DNA from: Vicugna vicugna
Lineage: Eukaryota
Length of the DNA stretch: 64,000 nt
Direction of reading: 5' to 3'
Assembly: GCA_013265495.1 (NCBI GenBank)
Contig: MU058645.1
Span: 434,001-498,000, forward strand
The position numbers were made by a program, and so were the translations under genes. The notes beneath the pieces were generated by a model. That model saw nothing but the letters and a program-made list of their open reading frames with translations, made no database searches and was not told where the DNA came from. This document shows, one piece after another, positions 1 to 12,400 of the stretch; position 1 is the stretch's first letter, and every line of letters begins with the position of its first letter.

Positions 1-129
1 AGCATTAATTTTCCTAAGTTATAATCCTCTGGAGTTTCATGAGTTTGAATGAAGAATTGAAGAGTGAATTTTGGTTTTTTGCTTTGTTTTGTTTTAGTTT
101 TTTTGTTTGTTTTGTTTGTAACTTTTTTT

Positions 130-920
130 ACTTCCTATGTCATTAAAATACAACTGTTGATGTAATAATTATAAATCACCATTGGTGGATACACAATGTG
201 TAAAAATGCAATTAGTTACAATAACCACGTAAAGGGTGTGAAAAGCGATAAAAATTCATGTATTCAAATTAATTTGCTATTAACCTGAACTGGACTGTCA
301 TAAATTAAGATATTAATGATGAACCCAGGCCAAATAATAATAAGACATATATGTATATGAATGCTAAGTAGTACATTAGAAAATAACTATTTATACATAC
401 CAAAAAAAGCAGTAATGAAGAAATTGAAAAATAAAAACAATGCATGTGAAGAAAGCAAATAGCAAATTGACAGGTATAAATCCTAACTTATTAGTAATTT
501 CATCAAATGTAATGAGATAAAAGTCTCCAAGTATACATCAGAGAATGGCAGAATTGATTAAAAAACAAATTTAAACCAATGATATGCTGTTTATAAGAGA
601 GATGCTTAAGATGCAAAGACACAAATAATTTGAAAGTAAAAGGGTAGGAAAAGATGTTACATACAATCAATGACCAAAAGAGCCAGACTGGGCCCAGGAG
701 TATTGGAGAAAATGGACTTGAAGAAAAACAAATTGTTATGTGAAGCAAAGGACGTATTATAACAAAAAAGGGTCCATCTATGAAGAAGGCATAGCAATTA
801 TAAATATACATCTGACAAAAGAACTCCAAAGTACCTGAAGAGAAACTGAAATAATGAGAGGAAAATTAGACAGCTCAAGAATGAGAGTAGGAGAACCTGG
901 CACCCCACTTTTAGTATTGG
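130..920 (+). mobile_element. Old L1M LINE fragment (inter-ORF region and start of ORF2 endonuclease, degenerate)
   Basis: A-rich strand with L1 ORF2 N-terminal-like DNA (tggcagaattgattaaaaaacaa...atatgctgtttataagaga...ttgaaagtaaaagggtaggaaaagat); many stops and frameshifts. Confidence 0.75.
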
Positions 921-964
921 AGTGTTGTGTGCGTTTGTATGTTTTGTTTTGTCCTTAAGTAGAG

Positions 965-1750
965 TTTTGCATTCCAGTTATCCACAACCACAAAACTCAG
1001 CAACTTAATGTATCAGCCATTTTATTTTATAGCATCGTGTGAGTTAGGAATTCAGGCAAGACTCAGCTGGGCTATTCTTTTGCTCTACGTGGTGTGCACC
1101 AGTCTGGAGGATGCAAGGCGAACTGCATCACTGTTACGGCCTAGGGGAGGCTGGGAGACTGAGTTCAGCTACCCTCTATGTGGTGTTCAGAAAAGGGTAT
1201 TCAAAGTTCTTATGGAATCTCTGGGCTCCAAGAGACCAAAGCAAGAGCTGCCTGTCTCCCATCCAGATACGGTTTAACTGGGTCCTCTGCTCACAGTCTG
1301 CCCAAGGTTGTAATCAAGGTTTTGGCCACAAAGAGCTGGGATCTTCCCCAAGCTCACAAGAGTTGGCAGAATTCAAGTCCTTCCAGTTGCAGGACTGAAG
1401 CTTTTGGCTCCAAGAAGCCACCTGTCATTCTCTGCCACGTGTTCCTCTCCACAATGTGGCAGTTTGCTTCCTCTGGGCCAAAGGGAAAACATCTCTGTCA
1501 CTTTGAATCTCCCTTAAGAGAAAGCCTGGATTCTCTCAAAGGGGTGCACTTCATTTAGTCAGGCCCACCCAGCATAATCTGTGTTGTAATTAATTCAGGA
1601 CCTACTAATTATAAATCTTAATTACATCTGCAAAATTTATTCATGTTTGTCATCGATGTTCTCATTCATGAGGCTGAAGTCTCATCGTATTCACAGACCA
1701 GCGAGTATATGGGTAGGAATCTTGGGGCCATCTTAGAATTCTGTCTGCCA
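965..1750 (-). mobile_element. MaLR LTR (MLT1 family, MLT1E-like)
   Basis: MLT1-type motifs: acaaccacaaaactcagcaactt, ggaattcaggcaagactcagctggg, gtcaggcccacccagcataatct, ttaattacatctgcaaaat, end ggaatcttggggccatcttagaattctgtctgcca. Confidence 0.75.
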
Positions 1751-2709
1751 AAATAAGGAATTGAAAGAAAAATTATTCACCTAAAAATCTTATGTAGACG
1801 AGCCCGATGGTGTAGTGTAACAGTGAGGCCGGAAATGCCTTTTGGGGAGATCCTTCTAGAGAGTGATAGGTGTTATTTAAGCCTCCTCTGACCTATGGGC
1901 TGCATCATGCATCCACAGTGATTCTGCATCTTTTAATTTGTGATCTTTCTGCCGTATCAGGTGGCCTAAGTTTCATGAGATTTACATTAAACAGAAAGGA
2001 GATACGGAAAAGGAAAAAAAGCATCGTTCAAAGCAGGACCTTGCGCTCTTTGTCTGGTGTTTGCTGTCATCGCTGCAGAGCCCTCTGAATAATGAACATG
2101 CTGTGGGCCACTTGAATTCCCAGGAAAATGCTGAACCCTAACCTCAAAATAGCATTTTATTATCAATTATCTCTACACCAAATAGTTGCTTTGTCTTTTC
2201 CGTGTGTTTTCACATCACACATCACTGTCATTGCCATGTCCGTGCCTCTCTGCAAACTCTTAGAGTAGCTGCCTGAACTGGAAAAAAAAAAAGCTGCCCT
2301 GATGATTAGTGCCATAAGCCAAGAACTATAAAAATATTATCTTTAGAAAGACAACAAGTATGAATTTGATACTAAAGTCAATTCCACCTCGCACACGAGG
2401 AATAGGGCTGAGGAAGAGGAGGTGTAATTTGTTCAGGCTCAGACAGTTTGAGAACAGCAGAGCTAAGAGTGAAACAGGCAGTCAGACTCCAAAACCCCTG
2501 GTCACATTCACAGACAACTTCCCCTCATTGTACTTTACAGATGTATGACGCTGAGCCCCGTGCACGGGGCAGAAGGGAGCATGAAGCCACAGGAGAAAGT
2601 TTGGAGAATTGGAATTCTGTAACTGGAATCCTGGAGGAATGGAAGATACCAGAGAAGAGCTCTCCAATGTAATTCCTTAAAATATCCCTGATGCAAATTT
2701 TGAATAAAC

Positions 2710-4590
2710 TTTTTATTTTAGAAGAGATTAAAATTACAGAAAAGTTTCAAAAATAGTGCAGAGTTCCTATATATCCCACACTCGTGTTGCCCTATTGTTA
2801 GTATCTTGCTAATGTTAAGATACATATAAAGTCATAATACAAATGGTATAAACGTATCAAAGCACAAATAAATGTACAGCATGTTTATGATTAATAAAAC
2901 AACAGATTGCCACAATGTGTCGTGTTAGTAACCAGAGTCCGCGATTCATCCGTGTTTCCTTAACTTCTGCCTCGCGGCCTTTCTCTGCTCCAGGCTCCCG
3001 TTCTGGGCACCGCGGCTCAGGAGCTGCCTTGTCTTCCTAGGCTGCTCTTAACTGTGGCAGTTTCTCAGACTCTGTGCTTCTGATGGTCTTAATGGCTTCT
3101 TAAAGGTGTCCTGAGCAGGCATTTTGCGGAATGTCCTTCTATTAGGGTTTGTCTAATATTTTTCTCACAACGAGACTGCAGTCATGAGGTCTGGGGAGAG
3201 AGGTCCTGGAGGCGAAGTGCCGCTTTCATCCCCTCGTGTCACACTAACAATGTGCTTTACGACTGTTGGTGTTGACCTCGATCACTTGGCTGAGATACTG
3301 TCAGGAGTCTCCATTGTGAAGTTACTCCTTCCCCCCCTTCCATACTGTCCTCTTTGGAAGGGAATCCCTGCAAAACCCACACTGAAGGAGCAGAGACGTA
3401 TGCCCCAACTCCGAGGGCAGCGTATCTACATAACTCGCCCAGCGTCCTTCCGCGTTAGAGATTTGTCTCTTCTGCCCCATTTGTTTATTTATCGTATCAT
3501 CTATTTATGGATCCGTATTGTATATGTTGTGCTATAATCCAATACTACTCTGTTTTCTTTCTCAGACTGTTCCGGACTTGTCCATTGGGAGTTCTTCCAG
3601 TTGGTTCTGGTGTCCATTGCCGTATTTGTTAGTATTTGCTGTGTTTCGGTTTGAGCACGTTGTTGAATTCTGGCACCACAAGGTATTTCAAGCTCATGCT
3701 GCATGTTTCCTCCCAGTTCTAGCATCAGCAACTTCTCCAAAAAGCTTGGGTTCCTGTTACTAGATCAAGGTATTAGAGACCACAATCTGAGTGCTAGGTG
3801 TGCTTAGTGTTCCTGGGGTGCCATTGTTTCTAGGTCTTTTCAGCCGACAGAGGAAGAAAGCATATGTGTGTGTGCTAATCCATGCACACAGTCATACCTG
3901 TAAGTATTTCTACATGTAAGCATCCAGCTCTATATCAAGTTAAACATGAGTTCACAGTGATGTTTCCAACACTAACCCATCATCACATGGATTGTTCCAG
4001 GCTTCTTCCCTTTTGTATCCATAAATTTCCATTCTGACACTGAGAAATCTGTCTCCCACTGACTACCAACCACTTACTTAATTGTTCAAATGCAGTATGC
4101 ATGTATAGCAGTATCAGAACTGTTACCCAGTACCTCATGGAGAATAGCTTTATCAACAACTGTACAGTATTTATGTATAATTTATTTTGCCTTTAGTTTT
4201 ATAGACTTAATTAATTTCCCAAGTTATTTGGCTTGGCACCTTTCTCCCCATACCCTTCAGTGAGTTTCATAAATTTTTGTTTAATACGTTTTTGTACAGT
4301 TAGGTTCTTTTGTCACATTCTGACCTCTATCCTGGGATCCTACAATTTCCTAAATATTTTAATTGCATGTATTAAATTTTATTATTTTGCTGTAATGGTC
4401 TATGGGTTTTGACACACGCATAGTGTCATATATTCATTATAGCACCATACAAAATTATTTCATTATTCCCTTCCCAAATTGCCTGTGCTTCACATATTCA
4501 ACCCCCCTACCCCCAAACCCAAGGCAACTAGTGACCATTTACCATTAGTGCAGTTTTGTCTTTTCCAGAATGTCACATAATTGGAATCAT
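2710..4590 (-). mobile_element. Old L1MC-type 3' region
   Basis: Starts with an L1MC 3' end (ttttattttagaagagattaaaattacagaaaagtttcaaaaatagtgcagagttcc) and continues with antisense L1 3'UTR motifs to cttttccagaatgtcacataattggaatcat. Confidence 0.7.
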
Positions 4591-4619
4591 AAAACATGTG
4601 TTTTTTTAAAATAAATATC

Positions 4620-5990
4620 AGGCTTATTTTTAGTACAGTTTTATTTTATTTTTAACATTTTTTATTGAGTTATAGTCAGCTTACAATGTTGTGTCAAATT
4701 CCAGTGTAGAGCACAATTTTTCAGTTATACATAAACATACATATATGCATTGTAACACAGTTTTAGATTTGCAGATAGCTGAAGAGTTAGGACACAGAAT
4801 TCTGCTACTCACTTCCCTCCTGTCCCCGTCCTGGACACAGTTTCCACATCGTTAACAGTTTGCATTATTAGCACAGCACTTCCGCCACAATCAATGAAGC
4901 AACATTCATACATTATTACTAACTACAGTCTGTGCTTTACATTAAAGTTCATTCTTGTGTTGTACAACTCTACGGGCTTTGATAAATGCACAATGACATA
5001 CAGTCACCATTAGAGAATAACGTCGCCTCCCTAGAACTCGGCTGCTTTTCCCTCCCTTCTCTGAACTTCTGGTGAACACTAGTCTTATCCCTGTCTCCAT
5101 AGATTTCTCTTTTCCGACGTCAGACTGTTGGAATCACAGTGTATGTTGCCTTTTCATACTGGCTTCCTTCACTTATCAATATGCATTTAAGGTCCATCTC
5201 TGTCTTTCCAGGGTTTCATAGCTCATTTCCTCTCATCACTGACTAATATTTCATTGTATGGATGCACCACAGTTTGTTTATCATTTTGTATATTGAAGAA
5301 TTATTTTGGTTGTTTCCAGGCTTGGGTGACTATGAATAAAGCTTCTATAAATTTTGTATGCAAATTTTTGTAGGGATATAAGTTTTCAACTTGGGTAAAT
5401 AACAAGGAGCATGATTGCACATGATAAGGGTGTGTTTAGCTTTTAAAAAAACTGCTGAACTGCTTTCCAGAGTAGCTGTGCCATTTTGCGTTAATACCAG
5501 CAGCTGCGCATTCCTGCTGTTCTGCACCCTTAGCGGTAGTTAAGTAGTCAGTGTTCCAGGTTTTGGCCGTTCTAATAGGTGTGTAGGAATATCTCGTCAT
5601 TTTAATTTGCAGGTTCCTAATGACATGCAATGTTGAGTATTTTTTATAAAGGCGTTTGCCATCCTCATATTTTCTTTCGTGAGGTGTCTTTTCAGATCTT
5701 TCAGTTATACGTCAATTAATTTTTTTATTTTCTTATTGCTGATTTTTAAGTATTATTTGTGTATTTTGGATACATGTCCTTCATCAGAGTTGTGTTTTGC
5801 AAATATTTTCTCCCAGTCTGCTGCTTGTCTTTTCATTCTCTTCACACTGTCTTTGTCAAAGAAGAAGTTTCTAACTTTAATAAAATTCAAATTTTCAATT
5901 CTTTTCTTTCACAGATTGCACTTTTGGTGTTGTGTATAAAAACTCATCAGCAAAATCAGGTCACTTCAGTTTTCCTCTAGAAGTTTTACT
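4620..5990 (-). mobile_element. Old L1MB/MC 3'UTR plus ORF2 C-terminus
   Basis: Minus-strand ORF remnants (LQIKMTRYSYTPIRTAK; LKTYIPTKIC) match the L1 ORF2p C-terminal region (MQIKTTMRYHLTPVRMA). Confidence 0.8.
4644..4756 (-). mobile_element. Short 5'-truncated young L1 3' tail nested in older L1
   Basis: Near-identical to the reverse complement of the L1 tail at ~60460-60552; poly-T start; flanked by direct repeat acagtttta (4635-4643, 4757-4765). Confidence 0.8.
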
Positions 5991-7149
5991 GCTTTGTCTA
6001 ATTCACTGTTTTAATCATTTACAGGGTTTACCCTCTTGCATCACAGAAACTTCAGCACAAATTTGTTATAATACTTATATTAGTAAGTTAGAAGGCTATG
6101 AAAGAGTTTGAGTACTTAATGCAAGGTAACATATGTGCAAAACAGACATCACATTTTTTCAGAAGTTACCTAAATACAAAACAAATTCAGTAGAAGCAAG
6201 AACTCAAAATCAGAACTTGTTTAAAACTATACAAACTTTTCTAAAAATCCCCAGAAATCCTGAAAGCTCATTAAGCCTCCCTTTGTATGAGGAACGGACA
6301 TTTGAGCCAAGCTAATTTGAATCTCAGAAGACAAGGAGATGCTGACATTTAACTTAGAGTAGCAAGTGGACCTTCTCTGTCTTACAGTTATTGTTACCGG
6401 AAAGAACCTTCATGAATCGTCCCCAGGATGATTTCTTTTATCTCACTAAATTAGAAACCCTCACAGAGAAACTGAGTAGGTAAGCGAGGGGTGTGATAAA
6501 ATTCTGGAGGGTCACTATTATGTCTTATTCATCATTGCATGGTACAGGATAGGCACTAAATTTTTTGTTAAATGTTTGCTTCTTGAATCCATTTATTTTA
6601 AAGAAATTGATCCCATAGAACAGACTTTCAATAGCAGAACAGAGAAGAATGCATTTTTGGGGCATCTTGCCACTATTCTCCTGGAAACATATGATTTTCA
6701 ATAACAATGTCATTTTATCTACCTCTAAGTTGTTAGATCATGATTATCAGTGAACTTTCACTACCTTAGAAAGATCAAGTCATAATGTGTTTTAATGGTG
6801 TCTTTAAATTAAGACTCTTTCAGATCTTTATTCCTCTAGGAAATGCTTTTCCTAATTCGCCAGCAAGAGCTCTGTTTGTCGGCACACACCCAGCTAAGCC
6901 TTACTGCCCGCAAACCTATTTATCTTTCAAGCACCTCTCCTGCAGCAAACCCGAGGACCACTTATGGACAGGACAGATTCAAACAGAAGACACAAGGCAT
7001 TAACAGGGATCAACAAGATCAACACAGCCCTGGTGTTTTCATTTACAGAAAGTGTTTCTATCCAGAGAACAAATACCTTGTATTTCCAGAGCTGTTTGTA
7101 AAGCACTATCACATAAATTATCTCATTTATCTTAATATTTGAAGCAGGA

Positions 7150-7265
7150 AAGGCAAATGCTTTCCTATTTTTAAACTTTAGGAAACAAACACAATGGGGT
7201 CTAATTGGTTTGACCAAGGGCACACGACTGATAAATCAGAACAAAATCGCTAGCCTGGGTCTGTT
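7150..7265 (-). mobile_element. MIR SINE remnant
   Basis: cctatttttaaactttaggaaac...ttgaccaagggcacacgactgataaat resembles the antisense MIR core. Confidence 0.45.
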
Positions 7266-9245
7266 TTTATCACTATATTCCTCTGTTTCAAACAAACATA
7301 AGACTGGAAGGGCTTTGAATAAGAAATGCTGTTCACTTCGGATATTTACCCTCAATTCCAGTAAAATCATTTAGCAGAGCTTCCAAATACTTGTTCTCTC
7401 CAGAGGGTGCTCCCTACTTTTTTAAGAAGAATCAATAATGATTTAAATTATAGAAAAACAATTTGTAGAATGCCACTTTAATAGGGAGCATGAAAGTCTC
7501 AAAATTCTTCAGTAACGGAAAAATATTTAATATTCACAGACACAAAGTAAAATATTCTACAGAACAATAATTAATAGCTTCATGACAATGTGTCATGGTT
7601 TATTAGTTTAAAACTATTTTGACTCACTTTTAATACCCAGATTTATATATATTGATGGGTGGGATGATTCATAATGCCATTTTACTATTAAACTACCCAA
7701 GTTTCACTTCATATTTTAAACTAAACAATTAATTTTGTCCATGTGCACCCTCTCTGAACAGACCGACATGAATTTGTCATTTATTCTAATTATGCATGCA
7801 AAATAAGTTGCAGACAGCAACATTGTTGAGCTATGCGCTTACTGTTAAATATTTATAGGGCTCCAGCAATGATTAAGGAGCATTTACAACAAAATCCCTT
7901 CTCTTCCAGGTGTGTAAATTTCTAGTGATTTGATGGTCAAGATACCTGTGTCATGCTGACCAGCAGGTTAGCCCTGTGACTCTGCAAACCATGCTGCTGG
8001 GCCCAAGGTCACAGATTTGCCCCTCCAGTTACAAAGTTAATTTTGCTTTATGTTACAGCCACTCACTGCCCTAGTAACTCCAGTGAACCGCCTGAAAAAC
8101 ACACTCCCTTGGTTGCAGGGGGGAGGGCAGGATGGAGGAGAGAGTGTGAATGAATGAGTACAAATTAAATTTTCTACTGGAAAAGGAACTCAAAGCAACT
8201 GAGAAATCCATAGCACATTTATGAAATTCCACAAATTCTGAAAGAAGCTCATGGTCCTGCTTAGGTTGATTTTTGTGTTCACTACAAGTATTCCAGCATT
8301 GGAAACTTTATTTTTTATTTTTTATTGGTATCAAACTCAATCCAGTTTCTATCTTGATGAAGAATAATTGGGTGTCCTCTTGCCTTGCCAGGCTCCCTGT
8401 CCAGGTGGTCTATGAGGGAAGAGATGGCCAGTGAATTTACAGAGGGAAGAGATGGCCAGTGGAAGCTCTCAGAACAGAGATCCTCAGAAAGGGTCTGCTT
8501 TCAAATGTGGAAGACAATGAAGGTTTGGACACATAAAAGCGCATGTGCCTACCAAGGAAATACAGTCAAAAGGGGTGGGGGGGAATACACAGGGGAAGAC
8601 TCTGAATTTGAAATAGGGTCTGGAATAATCCAGAATGTTATAAATGGCTAGAGAACCTGGGCAGGCTAGCAATGAGGGGAGTGAAATTAGGAAAGAGGAT
8701 GGAAAAGAGATAATTCTTACATTTCTTTCGGCTAATCATTTAGGGACCATAAGTGGGTTACCTGTGTAAGGAGAGCAGGGTCACAGAAATAAGTTACAAT
8801 AGCTCAGGACTTAAAGCCTAAAACAAAGATAGGGAGAAACGCAACTCAGAAGATCTCAGGAAGTTGCTATTTTTTGATCACCTCTTTTAATCCTCACATC
8901 CAAATTCCAAAATTATTCTTCTATGTCAAGAGACAGAAGGGAAGAGAGAGAGAGAATTTAGTGATGATATCGGCTTGAATGTGGAAGCAGCATGTTTTTT
9001 TAAGCATTACATTCACTCTGGTATTTTAAAACTGCATTACCAAGTGACGGTGCTGCTTCCACAGCAAGCACAATGGCTATGGCAATGAGTGTGTGACCGG
9101 AAAGACAGACAGACGGGCGGACAGAGGGCACGCGGAGGTGGCATGGAGAGAAAGCTGAGAGCGCTTCTTTCCCTTCTCAGAGGGGAGAGGATTCTGGCGC
9201 GACTGGGGCGGATTCCAGGATGCAGACGCGGCGGCCTCCGCCCGC

Positions 9246-9253
9246 TCTCACCG
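9246..9253 (-). other. Putative 5' splice donor ending exon 1 of an unidentified gene (CG|GTGAGA)
   Basis: Reverse complement of tctcaccg at the left edge of the gap, downstream of GC boxes within a CpG island; the exon body would lie in the gap. Confidence 0.5.
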
Positions 9254-9400
9254 NNNNNNNNNNNNNNNNNNNNNNNNNNNNNNNNNNNNNNNNNNNNNNN
9301 NNNNNNNNNNNNNNNNNNNNNNNNNNNNNNNNNNNNNNNNNNNNNNNNNNNNNNNNNNNNNNNNNNNNNNNNNNNNNNNNNNNNNNNNNNNNNNNNNNNN
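9254..9400. other. Assembly gap (147 N)
   Basis: Run of N flanked by very GC-rich sequence. Confidence 1.
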
Positions 9401-12400
9401 CCCCCCCGCTGACTCCGCCCCCCGCCCCCCGCCCCCCGCTGGTCGCGCCGGCAGGGGGCGCGCCTGGGCTCGCCGCCGTCCTCTCTTCCGCTACCTGGCG
9501 CGCTTCCGTCAGGAAGGAAGGGCTTCCCCGCGGGCCGGGAGCTCGCACTACGCGCTCCAGCCTCGTCTGCGGAAGTCTTGCATCCAACCATCGACCAGCG
9601 AGCCAGCAAACCACACACTCACAATACAATTTCCCTTTTACCCTCCGCCCCTGAAGGAAAGGAGGTTCTGCTGTAATAAGGGCAGAGACCCTCCGACGGT
9701 GCCTTAAAACCCAGCAGTGTAAATGAGGATTCTCTCCAGAAGCGTCCCCCTGGAGAAATGAATCTTCCTCCTACACTTCGATATGATAATGAAATAGCTA
9801 GAAAATTAGAATTAAACATCTGGGGAAAAAATATGACCGCTAACAACCAGCAAAGACCAAATGTGCAAGTGTGAATGCGGAGGTTTGTCAGTGGGAAGCG
9901 ATCCCTGAAAACGGGGAGGAAAGGGCACGCCCGGGAGCTCACACTCAGTCTGTGAAGAGCTCACTTCTAAGGGCATTTTACGTATCATGATGGGAGGGAA
10001 GGGACCTGGGGGGGCGGTGGGGTGGAGGCCCCAGCCGTGGGCCACGGTGTACCTGGGAGAGCTGGGAGGGCAGAGGGGAAGGAAGGCAGGGAAAGACAAT
10101 GATTTTTATAAAACTACAAATCCATATTTCCAAAGAGGAACACGAAAAAGAAAAAGAGACAACTAAACAATGATTTCCTTATCTAAAAATCTAAATTTCC
10201 TACAGAAGAAACTCAGTGAAAATGATGTATTTCTCATCGTACAGTGTGGGGAAGGGAGAAGGGGAGGTAATAAAAAAAAGAAAAGACTGCCTGAGACCAA
10301 TTGCTTTCAACTCCACAAGCTGCTTTTGCTGGGACCGCACGTGGTCAGGCAGGCGTGACGCAGCGACCCGCTCACGCTGTGTGCCCGCGCACGCCTCTCC
10401 CAGGACGCGTCCGCCCCCGCCCCGGGAACTGGGGCGCTGACAGCTCTGCTCCACAGTTTCCCAACTCTGAGTATCACCACGATTAGACCTTTGAGGACCT
10501 TCCTTGGGGCTTTGAACCTGGGCTGAGTTTTGATCCAGGCTCTGTCTCTGGGAGACTGACTCCTAACAAATCAATGTTGGAGCTGCTTGTGGTCATTTTT
10601 TTATTTTCCCACATGGATCAAATAAATAGAAGTCCCTCTACACACACAGAGGAAAATCAAGCAGATATGTTCAATGAGGCAAAGATGAAAGTAATTTTGA
10701 TCTTACTTGACTCCTTGATTTTTGTCCTGAGGTCTGGCCATTTTCCTCTCAACCTTGGTCAAGATAGCACAAATATGTTTCAACCAAAGTGGTTCTAATT
10801 AATGATGGAACATGATGCAACATCTTCCAAAGAGGCTGTAAATCATGACATTCTCTCCTTTGCTGCTCAGTTCAGTCATGCAGTTAGAAGACTAATGTGT
10901 CTTCTCAAACCATAGAACTTAACAAATCTGGGGGGAAATCATCACAACTTGGGTCAGGAGTTAGAAATTATTCTGTGGATCTTTCTAAAGCAGTGAGCCT
11001 TCTTGTGTCTCTGGGAAATAATTTCATGGCCTTGAATTCAGTCATGTCTAAGAGCCATTAGGGGATATCTCTGGAAGAGAGAACTGTTTTATCAGCAAAT
11101 CAGCATCAACCCACTAGTAAAAAATTCCTTCTGGGACAAACACAATGAGCTTAATGTTCTTCCTAGACTTACAGGTTTCTGGATAAATCATAGATTTTGA
11201 GTGACCAGTGGAAAAGGTGAATCTTGGTGTACCAGTTGGGTGTACCTCGAATTCTAGAACCCTGACATTCTGTAATTTCCTAAAATCAGCTTCAGTTCCA
11301 TAAACATACCAAGTCAAAATGAATAAGCACTTTCTTGGTAATACTTACATTTGATTTTAGTTAAAAAAAAAAACGATTTTAAATTACCACTGAAGAAACT
11401 TTTCACAATTCAGATCTTCTATGTATTATTCTAAAGGCCTCCTTTCCCTTTTCTGACTTCACCCCACCCTGTTCAGAATAGTGGTCCCTTGTAACGTTGA
11501 CTTAGTAACAGATGTACGATTTTATGTCATTTGGCTTTTTATATTCAAAATCTCCAGCTATAAGGAGAAAAAAATCAGTATAGGACTTCGGATAAATCCT
11601 CTGCGAGAATATTTTCCTGTGTCAGAGGATGGAGAAAGAGCTGCCCTGTTGTTTGGCAAACAGTGGGTCTTCTCTAGCCGTAAATAATGGAGAGGAAAAT
11701 TTCAGAAAGGGTTCCTCATTCGGCTGGCTTCAGGCTAACTACCCAGCGTGTCTTCTTGTTTACAACCGCAAGTACAAATGTATGCTCTTTCCCCTTTTCA
11801 CTCAAAACATTAGCTTTTTGGCTTTCGGAATTAACCTCTGCCAGGCGTCTATGCTGTTCGCTTGCTGTTGCTGTTTTAAACACTGAATCTGCTTTGCACT
11901 CTTTTACCATAAGGCTCTTAGAGTGTTATGTAAACTGCTACTCCACGAATTCGCTTTTTATCTCACACGAGGTCAATGTTAAACCCTCATCCACAGTTGC
12001 TGATGGACAAGCTGGAAGCGGCATATTCTACGGGAAAACTTCTGAACGTAAGCAGCGGTGTTGGCTGTGCTTCTAGCTTCTGAAACATGCCTGATCATGT
12101 GATCACACGGCAAACATGCATCTGACAGTAGCGCCGGTGTCCCCTTGCTGTGACCTCTGCCCTCCCTCGTCACCCCGCTGAGGAGTCCTCCTCCTGGGGG
12201 TGTTTTCAGATACAGGCCAGTCAGTCCGGAGCTCCCGCCCCGGCGACCTCATCCAGCTCTCACAGCCCGGCCCCTGCCCTGACCCCCCCCACCCGGGGCC
12301 AGACAGCAGGCAGCCAGGAGCAGCTCCGCGCCCCAGAGCCGGCCGGATGCGTGCAGACCGGTCAGCCCCAACGCGACTCCACCTTCGCCTTCGTCAGCTG

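Larger units (their letters stand above)
9085..9620 (-). promoter_or_regulatory. CpG-island promoter, probably driving a leftward (minus-strand) gene
   Basis: Dense CpG; tandem GC boxes (ccgccccccgccccccgcc, ~9415-9440); ETS cores cttccg 9485-9490 and 9503-9508 and cggaagt 9570-9576; CTCF-like ccggcagggggcgcg 9448-9462; minus-strand donor next to the gap. Confidence 0.75.

Noticed and set aside
9037..9654. Long ORFs on both strands across the CpG island
   Set aside because: They read through the N gap and are low-complexity GC-rich translations with no recognisable protein
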